The notes: generated by a model not told the origin, from the letters alone. Counted from the first letter of the stretch, positions 53,572-63,624 are shown. The stretch: DNA of 64,000 nt from an uncultured Chloroflexia bacterium (GCA_963724295.1 CAVRUC010000008.1:192001-256000); one strand, 5' to 3'. A program made the numbers and translations.

Positions 53572-53600
53572 TTGACGCTATCAGCTACCGGACGTAGGCT
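53572..53600 (+). promoter_or_regulatory. sigma70-like promoter of the thi operon
   Basis: TTGACG-N17-TAGGCT immediately upstream of the riboswitch. Confidence 0.7.
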
Positions 53601-53619
53601 CTCCCTGACAACCGGATAG

Positions 53620-53715
53620 CACCGCAACGGGAGCTCGGGGAGCCGGGCTGAGAGGGTGGCCGAAACCGCCGCCGACCGTCGAACCTGACCGGGATAATGC
53701 CCGCGCAGGAATGTC
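53620..53715 (+). promoter_or_regulatory. TPP riboswitch
   Basis: GGGCTGAGAG...GACCGTCGAACCTGACCGGGATAATGCCCGCGCAGGAA upstream of thiG. Confidence 0.95.
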
Positions 53716-53831
53716 GACCGCCTTCTCGGACGCGCACCCTCCTCCCGGAGGTGCGCGTTCTGGTTTGCCGGCGCAGGTCGCACGCGGCGCGGAACGTCTT
53801 CCGCGACACGCGTATTCCGGAGATCGCACCC

Positions 53832-54641
53832 ATGATCCCATCACTCCATGACCGTGACGCGTTGACGCCATGGCTCACCATCGCCGGGCGGGAGTTTCGC
53901 AGCCGGCTCATGCTCGGCACCGGTAAGTACCGCACGCGGGAGGAGATGCGCGCCGCGCTCGAGGCCTCGGGCGCCGAGATCATCACGGTCGCACTGCGTC
54001 GCATCGACTTCGACGATCCGGCCAGCCGCTCCATCCTGGAGGATATCGACACCAGCCGCTTCGCCATCCTGCCCAACACGGCGGGCTGCAAGACCGCGGA
54101 GGAGGCCGTGCGCATCGCCCGCATGGCCGACGCCATGGGACTCGGCAAATGGGTCAAGCTGGAGGTGATCCCGGACGCGAAGTACCTGCTGCCCGATGCC
54201 ATCGGCACGCTCGAGGCCGCGCGGACGTTGGTGGCGGAAGGGTTCGCGGTGCTGCCCTACATCGGCGCCGACCCTCCCCTGGCGCGGCATCTGGCGGAGC
54301 TCGGCTGCGCGACCGTCATGCCGCTCGGCTCGCCGATCGGTTCCGGGCAAGGGCTGATCAACCTGGAGGCGATCCGGATCATCATCGAGCAGGCCACGGT
54401 GCCGGTGGTCGTCGATGCCGGCATCGGCGCGCCGTCTGATGCGGCACTGGCCATGGAGCAGGGCGCCGATGCCTGTCTGGTCAACACCGCGGTCGCGCTG
54501 GCACGTGACCCGGCGCTGATGGCGGAGGCGATCGCGGACGGCGTACGCGCGGGACGGAAGTCGTTCCTGGCCGGTCGCATCCCGCGCCTGGCCTACGCCT
54601 CGGCCAGCAGCCCGCTGGCCGGGGTCGTCGGGGCCGCCTGA
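53832..54641 (+). CDS. thiG: Thiazole synthase
   Basis: [33 protein letters not shown] and DAGIG. Confidence 0.97.
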   Translation: MIPSLHDRDALTPWLTIAGREFRSRLMLGTGKYRTREEMRAALEASGAEIITVALRRIDFDDPASRSILEDIDTSRFAILPNTAGCKTAEEAVRIARMADAMGLGKWVKLEVIPDAKYLLPDAIGTLEAARTLVAEGFAVLPYIGADPPLARHLAELGCATVMPLGSPIGSGQGLINLEAIRIIIEQATVPVVVDAGIGAPSDAALAMEQGADACLVNTAVALARDPALMAEAIADGVRAGRKSFLAGRIPRLAYASASSPLAGVVGAA

Positions 54642-54645
54642 CCCG

Positions 54646-55524
54646 GTGAACGAAGGTCGCTGGGCGCCGCGCCTGATGCTGGTGACCGATGCGCGGCGAG
54701 CGCGGATGGCGTTGCTCGATCTGGTGACGGAGGCCGCGGCTGGTGGCGTGGACGCAATCTACCTGCGCGACGCGGGTGAGTCGACCGACGATCTGGCGGT
54801 GACCGCGCGAACCCTCCGCGCGCAGATCGGCGGTGGGGTTGTTCTGCTGGTCAACGGCGGTCCGCAGGCGGCGCTGGCGACCGGAAGTGGCCTTCACCTC
54901 CGCGAGCGCGACATGGCGCCGGACGCGGCGCGCGCCATCCTCGGCCCAGGAGTGGCGATCGGGCGATCAGTCCATACGCCGGAGGGAGCGGCCGCCGCGA
55001 CCGGAGCTGATTACGTCCTGGCCGGTCATGTCTACCCGTCGCCGAGCAAGCCGGGATTGCCGCCGCTCGGTCCCGCGGGGCTCTCCCGGATTGTCGCCGT
55101 TGCGCCTTGCCCGGTGATCGCCATCGGCGGCATCACGCCTGACCGCGTGGCGGAGGTCATGCAGGCTGGCGCACGCGGGGTCGCGGTGATCGGGGCCATC
55201 GTCGAGGCCAGGGATCCGCGTGCCGCCGCCAGGGCGCTGCGCGTCGCCGTCGATCACGCCCTGGAGCATCATCAGGAGGCATCCATGAGCTCAGAGATCA
55301 GCCTCGGAAGCGACACGTCCGCCATCGAGATCGTCGTCAACGGCAAGCCGGTCTCGGTTGTCGCCGGTGCGACGGTTCACGATTTTCTGGCTGGCAAGCG
55401 AATGACCGACGCCATGGCTATCGTCGAGCGCAATGGCGAAATCGTGCCCCGCGGTGAATATGGCGATACGCCGCTCCAGGCCGGCGATCACCTCGAAGTC
55501 GTGCACGCCGTCGGCGGCGGGTAG
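54646..55524 (+). CDS. ThiE/TenI-family protein (TenI-like) fused in frame to sulfur carrier ThiS
   Basis: GRSVH, DYVLAGHVY and AIGGI, then IVVNG...EVVHAVGGG. Internal SD and ATG at 55285. Confidence 0.85.
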   Translation: MNEGRWAPRLMLVTDARRARMALLDLVTEAAAGGVDAIYLRDAGESTDDLAVTARTLRAQIGGGVVLLVNGGPQAALATGSGLHLRERDMAPDAARAILGPGVAIGRSVHTPEGAAAATGADYVLAGHVYPSPSKPGLPPLGPAGLSRIVAVAPCPVIAIGGITPDRVAEVMQAGARGVAVIGAIVEARDPRAAARALRVAVDHALEHHQEASMSSEISLGSDTSAIEIVVNGKPVSVVAGATVHDFLAGKRMTDAMAIVERNGEIVPRGEYGDTPLQAGDHLEVVHAVGGG

Positions 55525-55544
55525 CTCGTGGCAAGGCGAACTCC

Positions 55545-57389
55545 CTAGTCATCGGCCGGGTCGAGCGGGTCGGTGCCGGCGGCAACCTCATCGCCGTCGC
55601 TGGCGCCGTCCCCATCGCTGTCAGCGACGGTGACATTCGTCCCGTGGATGTTCACCTCGTCGGCGGTGGAGAGCCCGTCCTCATCGAGGTCGTCCGGCGG
55701 CAGGGAGCGCAACTCAGGTTCCTGCCCCGGCTCCGATTCCTCAACCTCGTCCGGAGTCGATAACGGGGTCGCCGAGAGTGCTGGAGTGGCCGGGATTGCC
55801 GGTTCGGATTGTGCTTCCGACGTCGGCTCGGGTGTCGAGGTGGGAAGCGGCGTTGGGGTCGCCGGCACACTGACGGCATCGAGCGGGTCAGAGCCGGCAA
55901 CGGCCTCGTCGCTGTCCGAGACCTCGTCACCGTCGGTGTCGTCGAGGAGCGGGTTCGTGCCGTAGGTGAGCAACTCCTCGGCGTCGTCGAGCTCGTCGCC
56001 GTCGGTATCGGGGTCGAGAGCGTCAGTACCGTAGAAGTCGATCTCATCGGTGTCGCTCACGCCATCCCCGTCGCTGTCCACAAGCAACGGATCGGTACCG
56101 AGCGCCGTCTCCAGCTCATCGGCCAACGCGTCGCCGTCGGAATCGACTTCGTCGGCGGCGGTAACGGTGGGCGAGGGAGCCGTCGAGTCCGGCGGCGTTT
56201 CACCCTGGGTCTCAGCCGGAACGAGGTGCCAGCTGCAAGCGACCTCGTCTTCATCAACCAGCAGCATGGCGATCTGATTGGTCGCCGTACGCGCGGTCAG
56301 AACATCACCCGAGGCGTTGCGACACCGGACCCGGGAGGTCGCGAATGCCGCAGAGCGTTCAGCGCTCAGGGTGTAATGGCCCGCTTCGATTCCCGTGAAC
56401 GAGATCTCGCCGTCTCCGTTTGCCTGGGCGCTCGCGGTTACGGCATCGTCGGACCACAGGCTGAACTCGACCCCACTCGCGGGAGCGGCGCAATCCACGA
56501 CGTCGTTCCCTCCCGCATCCGCGATCGGGCAGAGCGACGCCGAGATCGTGACAGACGCGCTCTCTGCCGCGGTGACCGGGGTGGCGACGGGCGCCGGGGT
56601 CCCGTAAGGTGACGAATCGCCGGCAGCGTCCGGCGACGGGACCTCGGGGCCGATGCGCGCCACGACGAACGCCGCGGGCGCGCGACTGGCGCCGGTGATC
56701 ACCACGTCGCCGGCAACTTGAGCGGCCTGGCCAGTTGTCATCTCTACCAATCCGGCGCTCGATTCGACAAGCACCGTGCCGCTCGTGACCAGAAGAAGCG
56801 CTGGCGATGGCCCAGTCGAGACGATGCTCTCCTGGGCGCGATTGAGCACATCTCGAATCAGGTCGACGTCGAAGGCGTCCCCGGGAGGCGCGATGAACGG
56901 CGCGCCGCCAATCAGAACCGGGTCACCTTCGGCAAGATCCGTCGCCGGGACAAGCGTGATGTCGTAGTAGTCGGGCGCTTTCCGTTCGATGCCAATGACA
57001 GCGCGCGCGACACCCGGCTCCGTCCAGATCGCTTCGCCGGGCGCGATCCGCGCGAGACGCCTGCCCTCTCGATCGATCAGCGCGACCACCCCTTCGTCGG
57101 CAAGGATGAAGCCGGCCGGCCGTTCTTCAGCATCCGCGCGAGTTGGCGGCGCGGCTCGATCGAGCGTGAATCGCCATGCAATCTCCTCCCCGGGCATCGG
57201 CGCCACACCGTGGGCGATAACCTGCGCGTGACGGGTAGCCGGAGAGGGATCATCTGGCTCGAGCGGCGGCGCCTGCGCGACCGCCACCGTGCCAGGCAGC
57301 GAGAGAAACAGCGTCGCAATGGCAGTAAGAGCGTAAATATGTACCCGTTGGCAAAGCACGACTGCGCTCCTCGATGCGGGGAGATTCAT
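55545..57389 (-). CDS. Secreted multidomain protein with Asp-rich Ca-binding (TSP3-like) repeats
   Basis: Signal peptide and repeated DSDGDG..D.DE...GTDP. Confidence 0.8.
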   Translation of the reverse strand: MNLPASRSAVVLCQRVHIYALTAIATLFLSLPGTVAVAQAPPLEPDDPSPATRHAQVIAHGVAPMPGEEIAWRFTLDRAAPPTRADAEERPAGFILADEGVVALIDREGRRLARIAPGEAIWTEPGVARAVIGIERKAPDYYDITLVPATDLAEGDPVLIGGAPFIAPPGDAFDVDLIRDVLNRAQESIVSTGPSPALLLVTSGTVLVESSAGLVEMTTGQAAQVAGDVVITGASRAPAAFVVARIGPEVPSPDAAGDSSPYGTPAPVATPVTAAESASVTISASLCPIADAGGNDVVDCAAPASGVEFSLWSDDAVTASAQANGDGEISFTGIEAGHYTLSAERSAAFATSRVRCRNASGDVLTARTATNQIAMLLVDEDEVACSWHLVPAETQGETPPDSTAPSPTVTAADEVDSDGDALADELETALGTDPLLVDSDGDGVSDTDEIDFYGTDALDPDTDGDELDDAEELLTYGTNPLLDDTDGDEVSDSDEAVAGSDPLDAVSVPATPTPLPTSTPEPTSEAQSEPAIPATPALSATPLSTPDEVEESEPGQEPELRSLPPDDLDEDGLSTADEVNIHGTNVTVADSDGDGASDGDEVAAGTDPLDPADD

Positions 57390-57460
57390 GCACTGGCGCG
57401 GGAAGGGCCATGGTACGCGACAGGGGTAGAGCCCCGAGTGCCTTGTTGTAGCGAACGCGG

Positions 57461-57550
57461 CGCGACGCAGGCGTCGCCCCTACGACCGCCCGGCCGTCTT
57501 CTTTTCTTCCTCTTGTCTTACCGACTCACCGACTCACCGACTTCCCGACT
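57461..57550 (-). repeat. Octamer array + GTAG-type REP-like palindrome
   Basis: Minus strand reads (AGTCGGTR)n...AAGACGGCC...GTAGGGGCGACGCCTGCGTCGCG. Confidence 0.75.
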
Positions 57551-57556
57551 CCATCC

Positions 57557-59578
57557 CTACCCACATCCCTCCACGTAGCTCACGCGGCGGATGGGACGCA
57601 CGGCGTAGAGACGCGCCGGCTCGTCGTGCGGATCGAGGCGGATGTGCTGGTGCGCGTGCCAGAGGTGCGTTTCGCCGGTGAGAAGATCTTCGACCTGGAA
57701 CGGTTCCTCAGGTTCCAGTCCCCACTCCGCCAGCGGCAGATGGAGCCAGGTCTCGTGGGCGTCGAAGGGATCGAGATTGGCGACGACCAGCACCCGGTCG
57801 GAGCCATCGGGTGTGGCCTTGCCATAGACGGTGATGTTCTCGTCGTCGCTGCGGTAGAAGCGCAGATTGTCGTAGAGGTGCAGAGCGGGATGCTCGCGGC
57901 GAATGGCGTTGATGCGGGTGATATAGGGGATGATGTTCCCCGGCCGGTCCCAATCCCAGACCTTGTACTCGTACTTCTCGGAGTTCAGGTACTCCTCCCG
58001 GCCCGGGACCGGGGTGTTCTCGCACAGCTCATAGCTGGAGTAGATACCGTAGACCGAGGAGAGCGTCGCCGCCAGGGCGAAGCGCATCTTGAACGCGGGG
58101 CGTCCCCCCTCCTGCAGGATGAACGGCAGGATGTCGTGGGTGTTGGGGAAGAGATTGCCGCGGTAATACTCCTTCATCTCGCTCTGGGTGAGCTCGGTGA
58201 AATACTCCTCCAGCTCGGCTTTGAAATTGCGCCAGGTGAAGTAGGTGTAGCTCTGGGTGAAGCCCGCTTTGGCCAGCGACTTCATCACCTTGGGCCGCGT
58301 GAACGCCTCGGAGAGGAAAATCACCTCCGGGTGCGTCCGCTGCACGTCGGCAATCAGCCATTCCCAGAAGACGGTTGGCTTCGTGTGCGGGTTGTCGACG
58401 CGGAAGGTCTTCACCCCCTGTTCGACCCAGAAGAGGATGACCCGCCGTAGCTCCAGCCAGAGCTCCCGCCAGCCAGCGGAGTCGAAATTGATGGGGTAGA
58501 TGTCCTGGTACTTCTTGGGCGGGTTCTCCGCGTAGCGGATGCTGCCATCGGGGCGGATGGTGAACCACTCCGGGTGCTCCCTGGCCCAGGGGTGATCCGG
58601 CGAGGCCTGGAACGCGACGTCGAGCGCGACCTCCATGCCGAGCGCTTCGGCGCGGGTGACGAAGGCGCGAAAATCGTCGAGGGTCCCTAGTCCCGGCTCG
58701 ATGGCGTCGTGCCCGCCCTCGTCGCTGCCGATGCCGTAGGGCACGCCGGGGTCATCCGGCCCTGCCTCCAGGGTATTGTTTTTCCCCTTGCGGAATGCGC
58801 GCCCGATGGGGTGGATGGGAGTCAGGTAGACGACGTCGAACCCCATGTCGGCGATGGCCGGCAGCCGCGCCCCGGCCTCGGCGAAGGTGGCGCTGCGGGT
58901 CGGGTCGGTACCCGCCGAGCGGGGGAACATCTCGTACCAGGCGGCGAAGCGAGCCGCGGGGCGGTCGACGACGACCTCCAACTCGCGGGCATAGAGCGTC
59001 CCACCGCGCCGCGAGCGGGCGCGCCGCATCGCGGCCTCGACCTCCGGCGCCAGGAGCAGGCGCACGGTTGCCGCCTGGCTCCCTTTGCGGTCGATCGCGG
59101 CGATCGCCTCCTCCAGCACCTCGCGGTCGTCCGGTGCCGGGCGGGGCAGCGCCTCGGCGAGGATGGCGCGCCCTTCGAGCAGCTCGAGGGCGATGTCCTG
59201 CCCGGCTTCGAACTTTTTCTCGACCTCGTCCCGCCAGGTTGCCCATCGGTCGGGGAAGGCCTCGATCGTGTAGACGTAGCGGGTGTTGTCTGGCAGGAGC
59301 ACCTCGCCGGCCCAGCGGTCGTTCTCCACCAGCCGCATCTCCGCTTCCTGCCAGTCCTCATCACAGGTGCGCCGGTACTTCACGACCGCGGCGATCTTGT
59401 CGTGACCGTCCTTGAAGATGTCGGCGGAGACCCGGAGGATGTCGCCCGCGACCCGCTTTACGGGGTAGCGGCCGGCGTCGATCTCCGGCTGCACGCGCTC
59501 GATGATGATGCTGCTGGGCGGTTCGAGGACATCTGGCAGCGGCACGACCGGCGCCAAATCGAGTTGCGTGGTGGTCAC
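57557..59578 (-). CDS. glgE: Alpha-1,4-glucan:maltose-1-phosphate maltosyltransferase
   Basis: WYEMFPRS, YAENPPKKYQDIYP, FRVDNPHTKP, EAFTRP and NSEKYE. Confidence 0.97.
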   Translation of the reverse strand: MTTTQLDLAPVVPLPDVLEPPSSIIIERVQPEIDAGRYPVKRVAGDILRVSADIFKDGHDKIAAVVKYRRTCDEDWQEAEMRLVENDRWAGEVLLPDNTRYVYTIEAFPDRWATWRDEVEKKFEAGQDIALELLEGRAILAEALPRPAPDDREVLEEAIAAIDRKGSQAATVRLLLAPEVEAAMRRARSRRGGTLYARELEVVVDRPAARFAAWYEMFPRSAGTDPTRSATFAEAGARLPAIADMGFDVVYLTPIHPIGRAFRKGKNNTLEAGPDDPGVPYGIGSDEGGHDAIEPGLGTLDDFRAFVTRAEALGMEVALDVAFQASPDHPWAREHPEWFTIRPDGSIRYAENPPKKYQDIYPINFDSAGWRELWLELRRVILFWVEQGVKTFRVDNPHTKPTVFWEWLIADVQRTHPEVIFLSEAFTRPKVMKSLAKAGFTQSYTYFTWRNFKAELEEYFTELTQSEMKEYYRGNLFPNTHDILPFILQEGGRPAFKMRFALAATLSSVYGIYSSYELCENTPVPGREEYLNSEKYEYKVWDWDRPGNIIPYITRINAIRREHPALHLYDNLRFYRSDDENITVYGKATPDGSDRVLVVANLDPFDAHETWLHLPLAEWGLEPEEPFQVEDLLTGETHLWHAHQHIRLDPHDEPARLYAVRPIRRVSYVEGCG

Positions 59579-59748
59579 GGATCCTCCTCGCCTGAGCATG
59601 GACGTGTACGTGCATCAACTGGGGCGGGCGTCACTCCAAATCGCCCTCCATGAGCCTACGAGCAGATCGCGTGCCGGGGCAACCGCACACACACTATTTC
59701 GTCAGGGCTCGAGCGCATCGACCGGTTGCCAGGACATGGTCAGCGCAA

Positions 59749-60091
59749 TCAGCCCTCCAGCCATTCCGTGACAAAGCGGTCGTTGGCGTGGATATCGATC
59801 TGGCGCAGCGGGCCAGGCGCCCGAGTTGACGAACTTGTGTGGGATGCCGGCTGGAGCGACCACAATCTGGCCGCCGGTCACGTCGAAGGTGTCCTCGCCC
59901 ACAGTGAAGGTGGCGCTGCCCTCCTGGACCAGAAAGACCTCGGCGTACGGGTGCCGGTGCAACTTCGGGCCGCTCCCGGGAGGACCATCGAACAGGATGA
60001 TGCACACCGGCGCATCGCCATACAGGTACCCCTCCAGCTCGTGGGAGTTCCCCAGAAATGGAAGGTCAGCTCGGTTGATCACGACAGGCAT
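59749..60091 (-). CDS. Cupin domain protein; frameshift ~59816
   Basis: GPKLHRHPYAE and PAGIPHKF. The shifted tail reads GPLRQIDIH..FVTEWLEG*. Confidence 0.85.
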
Positions 60092-60246
60092 GCCGGCACT
60101 CCCTCCGCGGTATTGACAGCTGCTCTTGCTGCTGGTTGCTTGAGGTTGTCGATCGCTCGGTTCGTGCAGACTGTACGTTACCTGGGACAGACTGCACCGG
60201 GGCTCTCCTGACCAGTTGCCAGGCGCCGGAGGCACCGAGGGATCTG

Positions 60247-61863
60247 ATGGTAGCGATCTTCCAGGCTCCCTGCGACGAGCAGGTCATCCTCCACAAGGTG
60301 CCGACCCGGCCCGTTCCCTGCCCGAAGGATGTCGGCCGGGCGGTGCTGATCACGACCATCCTCGCCTCGAGTATGGTCTTCATCGACAGCTCGGCGGTCA
60401 ATGTCGCTCTGCCCACGATCCAGCGCGAGCTCGGCGCCAGCGCGGCTCAAGCACAGTGGGTGGTCGAGAGCTACGCGCTCTTTCTGGCCGCGTTGCTCCT
60501 CGTCGGCGGCGTGCTGGGCGATCGATACGGGCGGAAGCGAATCTTCGTCCTGGGCACCGTGCTCTTCGCCTCGACGTCCATCTGGTGCGGGCTCTCGCCG
60601 ACTATCGAGATGCTGATCGCCGCGCGGGCGGCGCAGGGCGTCGCCGCGGCGCTACTCACACCGGCCAGCCTGGCCATCATCAGCGCGGCCTTCAACGATG
60701 AGACGGAACGTGGCCGGGCAATTGGTACCTGGTCCGGATTCACGGCGATTACGGCCGCATTCGGTCCGGTGCTAGGCGGGTGGCTGGTCGAGAATGCCTC
60801 CTGGCGCTGGGTGTTCTTTATCAACCTGCCATTGGCGGTCGTCGTGGTCGCCGTCGCACTGCGTGGGGTCCCCGAGAGCCGCGATGAGGGAGCAGGGCGG
60901 CTCGACGTCCTTGGCGCCGTGTTGGCGACGGTCGGTCTCGGCGCGCTCGTCTTCGGGCTGATCGAGGGGCCCGTGCGCGGCTGGGGGAATCCGGTCGTGC
61001 TCGCCAGCCTGGTCATAGGCGTCGCTGGGCTCATCGCGTTCATCGCCGCCGAGACGCGGGTGCCGTCGCCGATGATGCCGCTGGAGCTGTTTCGCTCGCG
61101 GACCTTCAGTGGGGCCAATCTGCTGACCTTCCTCCTCTATGGTGCATTTGGCGGCGCGCTCTTCTGGCTTCCCTTCAACCTCATCCAGGTCCAGGGGTAC
61201 ACCGCGACCGAGGCCGGCGCCGCACTCCTGCCGGCGATTCTGATCATCTTCGCCCTCTCCCGCCGCACGGGCGCGCTCATCGGTCGCTACGGAGCGCGGC
61301 TGCCGCTGACCATCGGGCCTGGCATCGTGGCTCTCGCGTTTCTGCTCTTCGCCCTGCCCGGTACCGAAGGAAGCTACTGGACGACCTTCTTTCCCGCGGC
61401 AATCGTGCTCGGCATCGGGATGGCGATCACGGTGCCACCCTTGACGACGGCGGTCATGAGCGCGGTTCCGCGCCAGCAGGCGGGAACGGCCTCAGGCATC
61501 AATAACGCCGTCGCCCGCACCGCCGGCCTGATCGCCATTGCCGTCTTCGGCGTCATCGTGACGACGGTCTTCAATCGCGAGCTGAGCAGCCGGCTCGATG
61601 CCATACCGAATCTCGCTCCAGCCACACGGCAGGCAGTAGATGCCCAGCGGCTCGACCTGGCCGCCGCTCGTCCACCTGAGGGAACACCTCCAGACACCGC
61701 GGTGGCCATCGACGACGCGATCGATGCGTCGTTCGTCGCCGGCTTTCGGGTGGCTATGGTCATCGGCGCGGTGATGGCGCTCCTCGGGGCGGTCGCGGCG
61801 TGGCAACTTCTCGAAGGAAAGAAGCCGAAACCGGACCTCACGGCGCTGCCTGCCGACCGCTGA
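60247..61863 (+). CDS. DHA2-family MFS efflux transporter
   Basis: DSSAVNVALP, GDRYGRKR and WRWVFFINLP. Confidence 0.93.
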   Translation: MVAIFQAPCDEQVILHKVPTRPVPCPKDVGRAVLITTILASSMVFIDSSAVNVALPTIQRELGASAAQAQWVVESYALFLAALLLVGGVLGDRYGRKRIFVLGTVLFASTSIWCGLSPTIEMLIAARAAQGVAAALLTPASLAIISAAFNDETERGRAIGTWSGFTAITAAFGPVLGGWLVENASWRWVFFINLPLAVVVVAVALRGVPESRDEGAGRLDVLGAVLATVGLGALVFGLIEGPVRGWGNPVVLASLVIGVAGLIAFIAAETRVPSPMMPLELFRSRTFSGANLLTFLLYGAFGGALFWLPFNLIQVQGYTATEAGAALLPAILIIFALSRRTGALIGRYGARLPLTIGPGIVALAFLLFALPGTEGSYWTTFFPAAIVLGIGMAITVPPLTTAVMSAVPRQQAGTASGINNAVARTAGLIAIAVFGVIVTTVFNRELSSRLDAIPNLAPATRQAVDAQRLDLAAARPPEGTPPDTAVAIDDAIDASFVAGFRVAMVIGAVMALLGAVAAWQLLEGKKPKPDLTALPADR

Positions 61864-62014
61864 CGGAGATTCATGGTCATGGTCGTGCTGGCCACGAGGA
61901 CAACCGTGCTCCCGGAAACCACGGACTAATACCCAACTAATACCGCATGCCTATCGTCATGACTGCGATCGCCGTGGCGGGCGATCCGGACGGCAGCACG
62001 ACGGGAGGCATCCG

Positions 62015-62713
62015 GTGACAGGGAGCACAGGACGGACCCTGCGGCAATTGGGCCAGGTCAGCGTGTTGTTCAGCATGGTGGTCGGCGCGGCAGCTCAGAC
62101 CATCCCAGCGACCGAGGCGGCCCAGACCTGCTTCGACAAGCCAGCGACGATCGCCGACCACTCGGGGACAATCCAGGGTACCGCCGGGAACGACGTCATC
62201 GTCGGCGACGACGGCGACAACGAGATCGACGGCCAGGGCGGTGTGGACCGCATCTGCGGCGGCGACGGGGACGACACGATTGAGTTCGGCGCTCTGGACG
62301 AGGATCCGACGCACTTCCTCCGCGCCAAAGGCGGTGCCGGCACCGACACGATCACCGGCGGACCCTACAACGACCGGCTCTACGGCGGGGCTGGCGGTGA
62401 CTCCCTGACTGGCGGGGTCGGCGGCGACCAGCTCTTCGGGGAAGATGGTCCCGATGAAGTGTTCGGCGGTCCAAGCAACGATTTCATCGACGGCGGCAGT
62501 GGCAAGGACGACCTCTCTGGAACGGGCGGCGACGACGAGATCCACGGCGGACCGGACGACGATCGGCTCTACGGTACCGATGGGAACGACGATCTCTACG
62601 GCGAACGCGGCGACGACCTCTTGATCGGCGGGGTGGACGAGGATGACTACTTCCCCGGTGGAGGCGACGACCTCTGCGCTGAGGACACTGGCGGTCTCGT
62701 CTTCCCCTGCTAG
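62015..62713 (+). CDS. Secreted RTX-type calcium-binding repeat protein
   Basis: Signal peptide and multiple GGxGxDxLx nonapeptides. Confidence 0.88.
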   Translation: MTGSTGRTLRQLGQVSVLFSMVVGAAAQTIPATEAAQTCFDKPATIADHSGTIQGTAGNDVIVGDDGDNEIDGQGGVDRICGGDGDDTIEFGALDEDPTHFLRAKGGAGTDTITGGPYNDRLYGGAGGDSLTGGVGGDQLFGEDGPDEVFGGPSNDFIDGGSGKDDLSGTGGDDEIHGGPDDDRLYGTDGNDDLYGERGDDLLIGGVDEDDYFPGGGDDLCAEDTGGLVFPC

Positions 62714-62781
62714 TCCACAGCCCGCTGGCCCAGCCCGGTTGGAGTGAGTGAAGCACTTCGACTAAACGGAAGGAGACGACC

Positions 62782-63453
62782 ATGCAACGGCTTGCCGTGC
62801 TCATCACCCTCGTCGTGGCGACCCAACTGTTCGTTGGCCCGCTACCGGCAAAGGCGGCAAAGACCTGCTTCGGCAAGGCGGCGACGATCGCTGACCATAC
62901 CGGCAACATCACTGGCACCGCCGGCAACGACGTCATCATCGGAGACGATGGCGACAACGAGATCGATGCTCAAGGTGGCGTCGACCACGTCTGCGGCGGT
63001 GGTGGCGACGACGAAATCGTCACCGTGGACGGACCGGGATCGGCGCTCTTTGCCAAGGGCGGCAAGGGGAGCGACGAGATTACCGGCGCGAGCGGCGGCA
63101 GTGGCGAAGACAAGCTCCACGGCGGTGATGGCAACGATACCCTGTCGGGCGGAGACGGAGAGGATGGCCTATTCGGGGACGACGGTTATGACACGCTCAG
63201 GGGCGACATTGGCCCGGACAATCTTTTCGGCGGTCCTGGCAAGGACCGGCTGATCGATGGCGACGCTGGCGACTATCTCTTTGGCGGACCGAATGCCGAT
63301 CGCCTTGAAGGCGAGGCTGGCGAGGACGATCTCGCCGGTGAAGGCGGCGACGATCTCCTCATCGGCGGCGCTGATGCCGACGTTCTCGACGGCGGAGCAG
63401 GCGACGACCTATGCGCTCAAGATGACCTTGGGGGACTCGCGTTTCCGTGCTGA
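62782..63453 (+). CDS. Secreted RTX-type calcium-binding repeat protein (paralog)
   Basis: Signal peptide and GGxGxD repeats, with the same Cys-containing termini as the upstream gene. Confidence 0.9.
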   Translation: MQRLAVLITLVVATQLFVGPLPAKAAKTCFGKAATIADHTGNITGTAGNDVIIGDDGDNEIDAQGGVDHVCGGGGDDEIVTVDGPGSALFAKGGKGSDEITGASGGSGEDKLHGGDGNDTLSGGDGEDGLFGDDGYDTLRGDIGPDNLFGGPGKDRLIDGDAGDYLFGGPNADRLEGEAGEDDLAGEGGDDLLIGGADADVLDGGAGDDLCAQDDLGGLAFPC

Positions 63454-63624
63454 GCGGGCACCTGATATGACTAGAACTGGCCCGTATGGAGCACTCGTGT
63501 GACAACTGAGACGATGCCATTTCGAGCGCAGATGCTCTTGATTTCACAAATCCTTTACCGCGACTTCGCCAAAGCCTCATACTGGCCCTAGAGACGAGTT
63601 CCCGCCAATCACGAGGAGGGCGCG

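Noticed and set aside
172..59653. Many long antisense or alternate-frame ORFs (e.g. 172-1188, 8554-9651, 33646-34629, 58709-59653)
   Set aside because: They are shadow ORFs expected from high GC3 bias, and each overlaps a well-supported gene.
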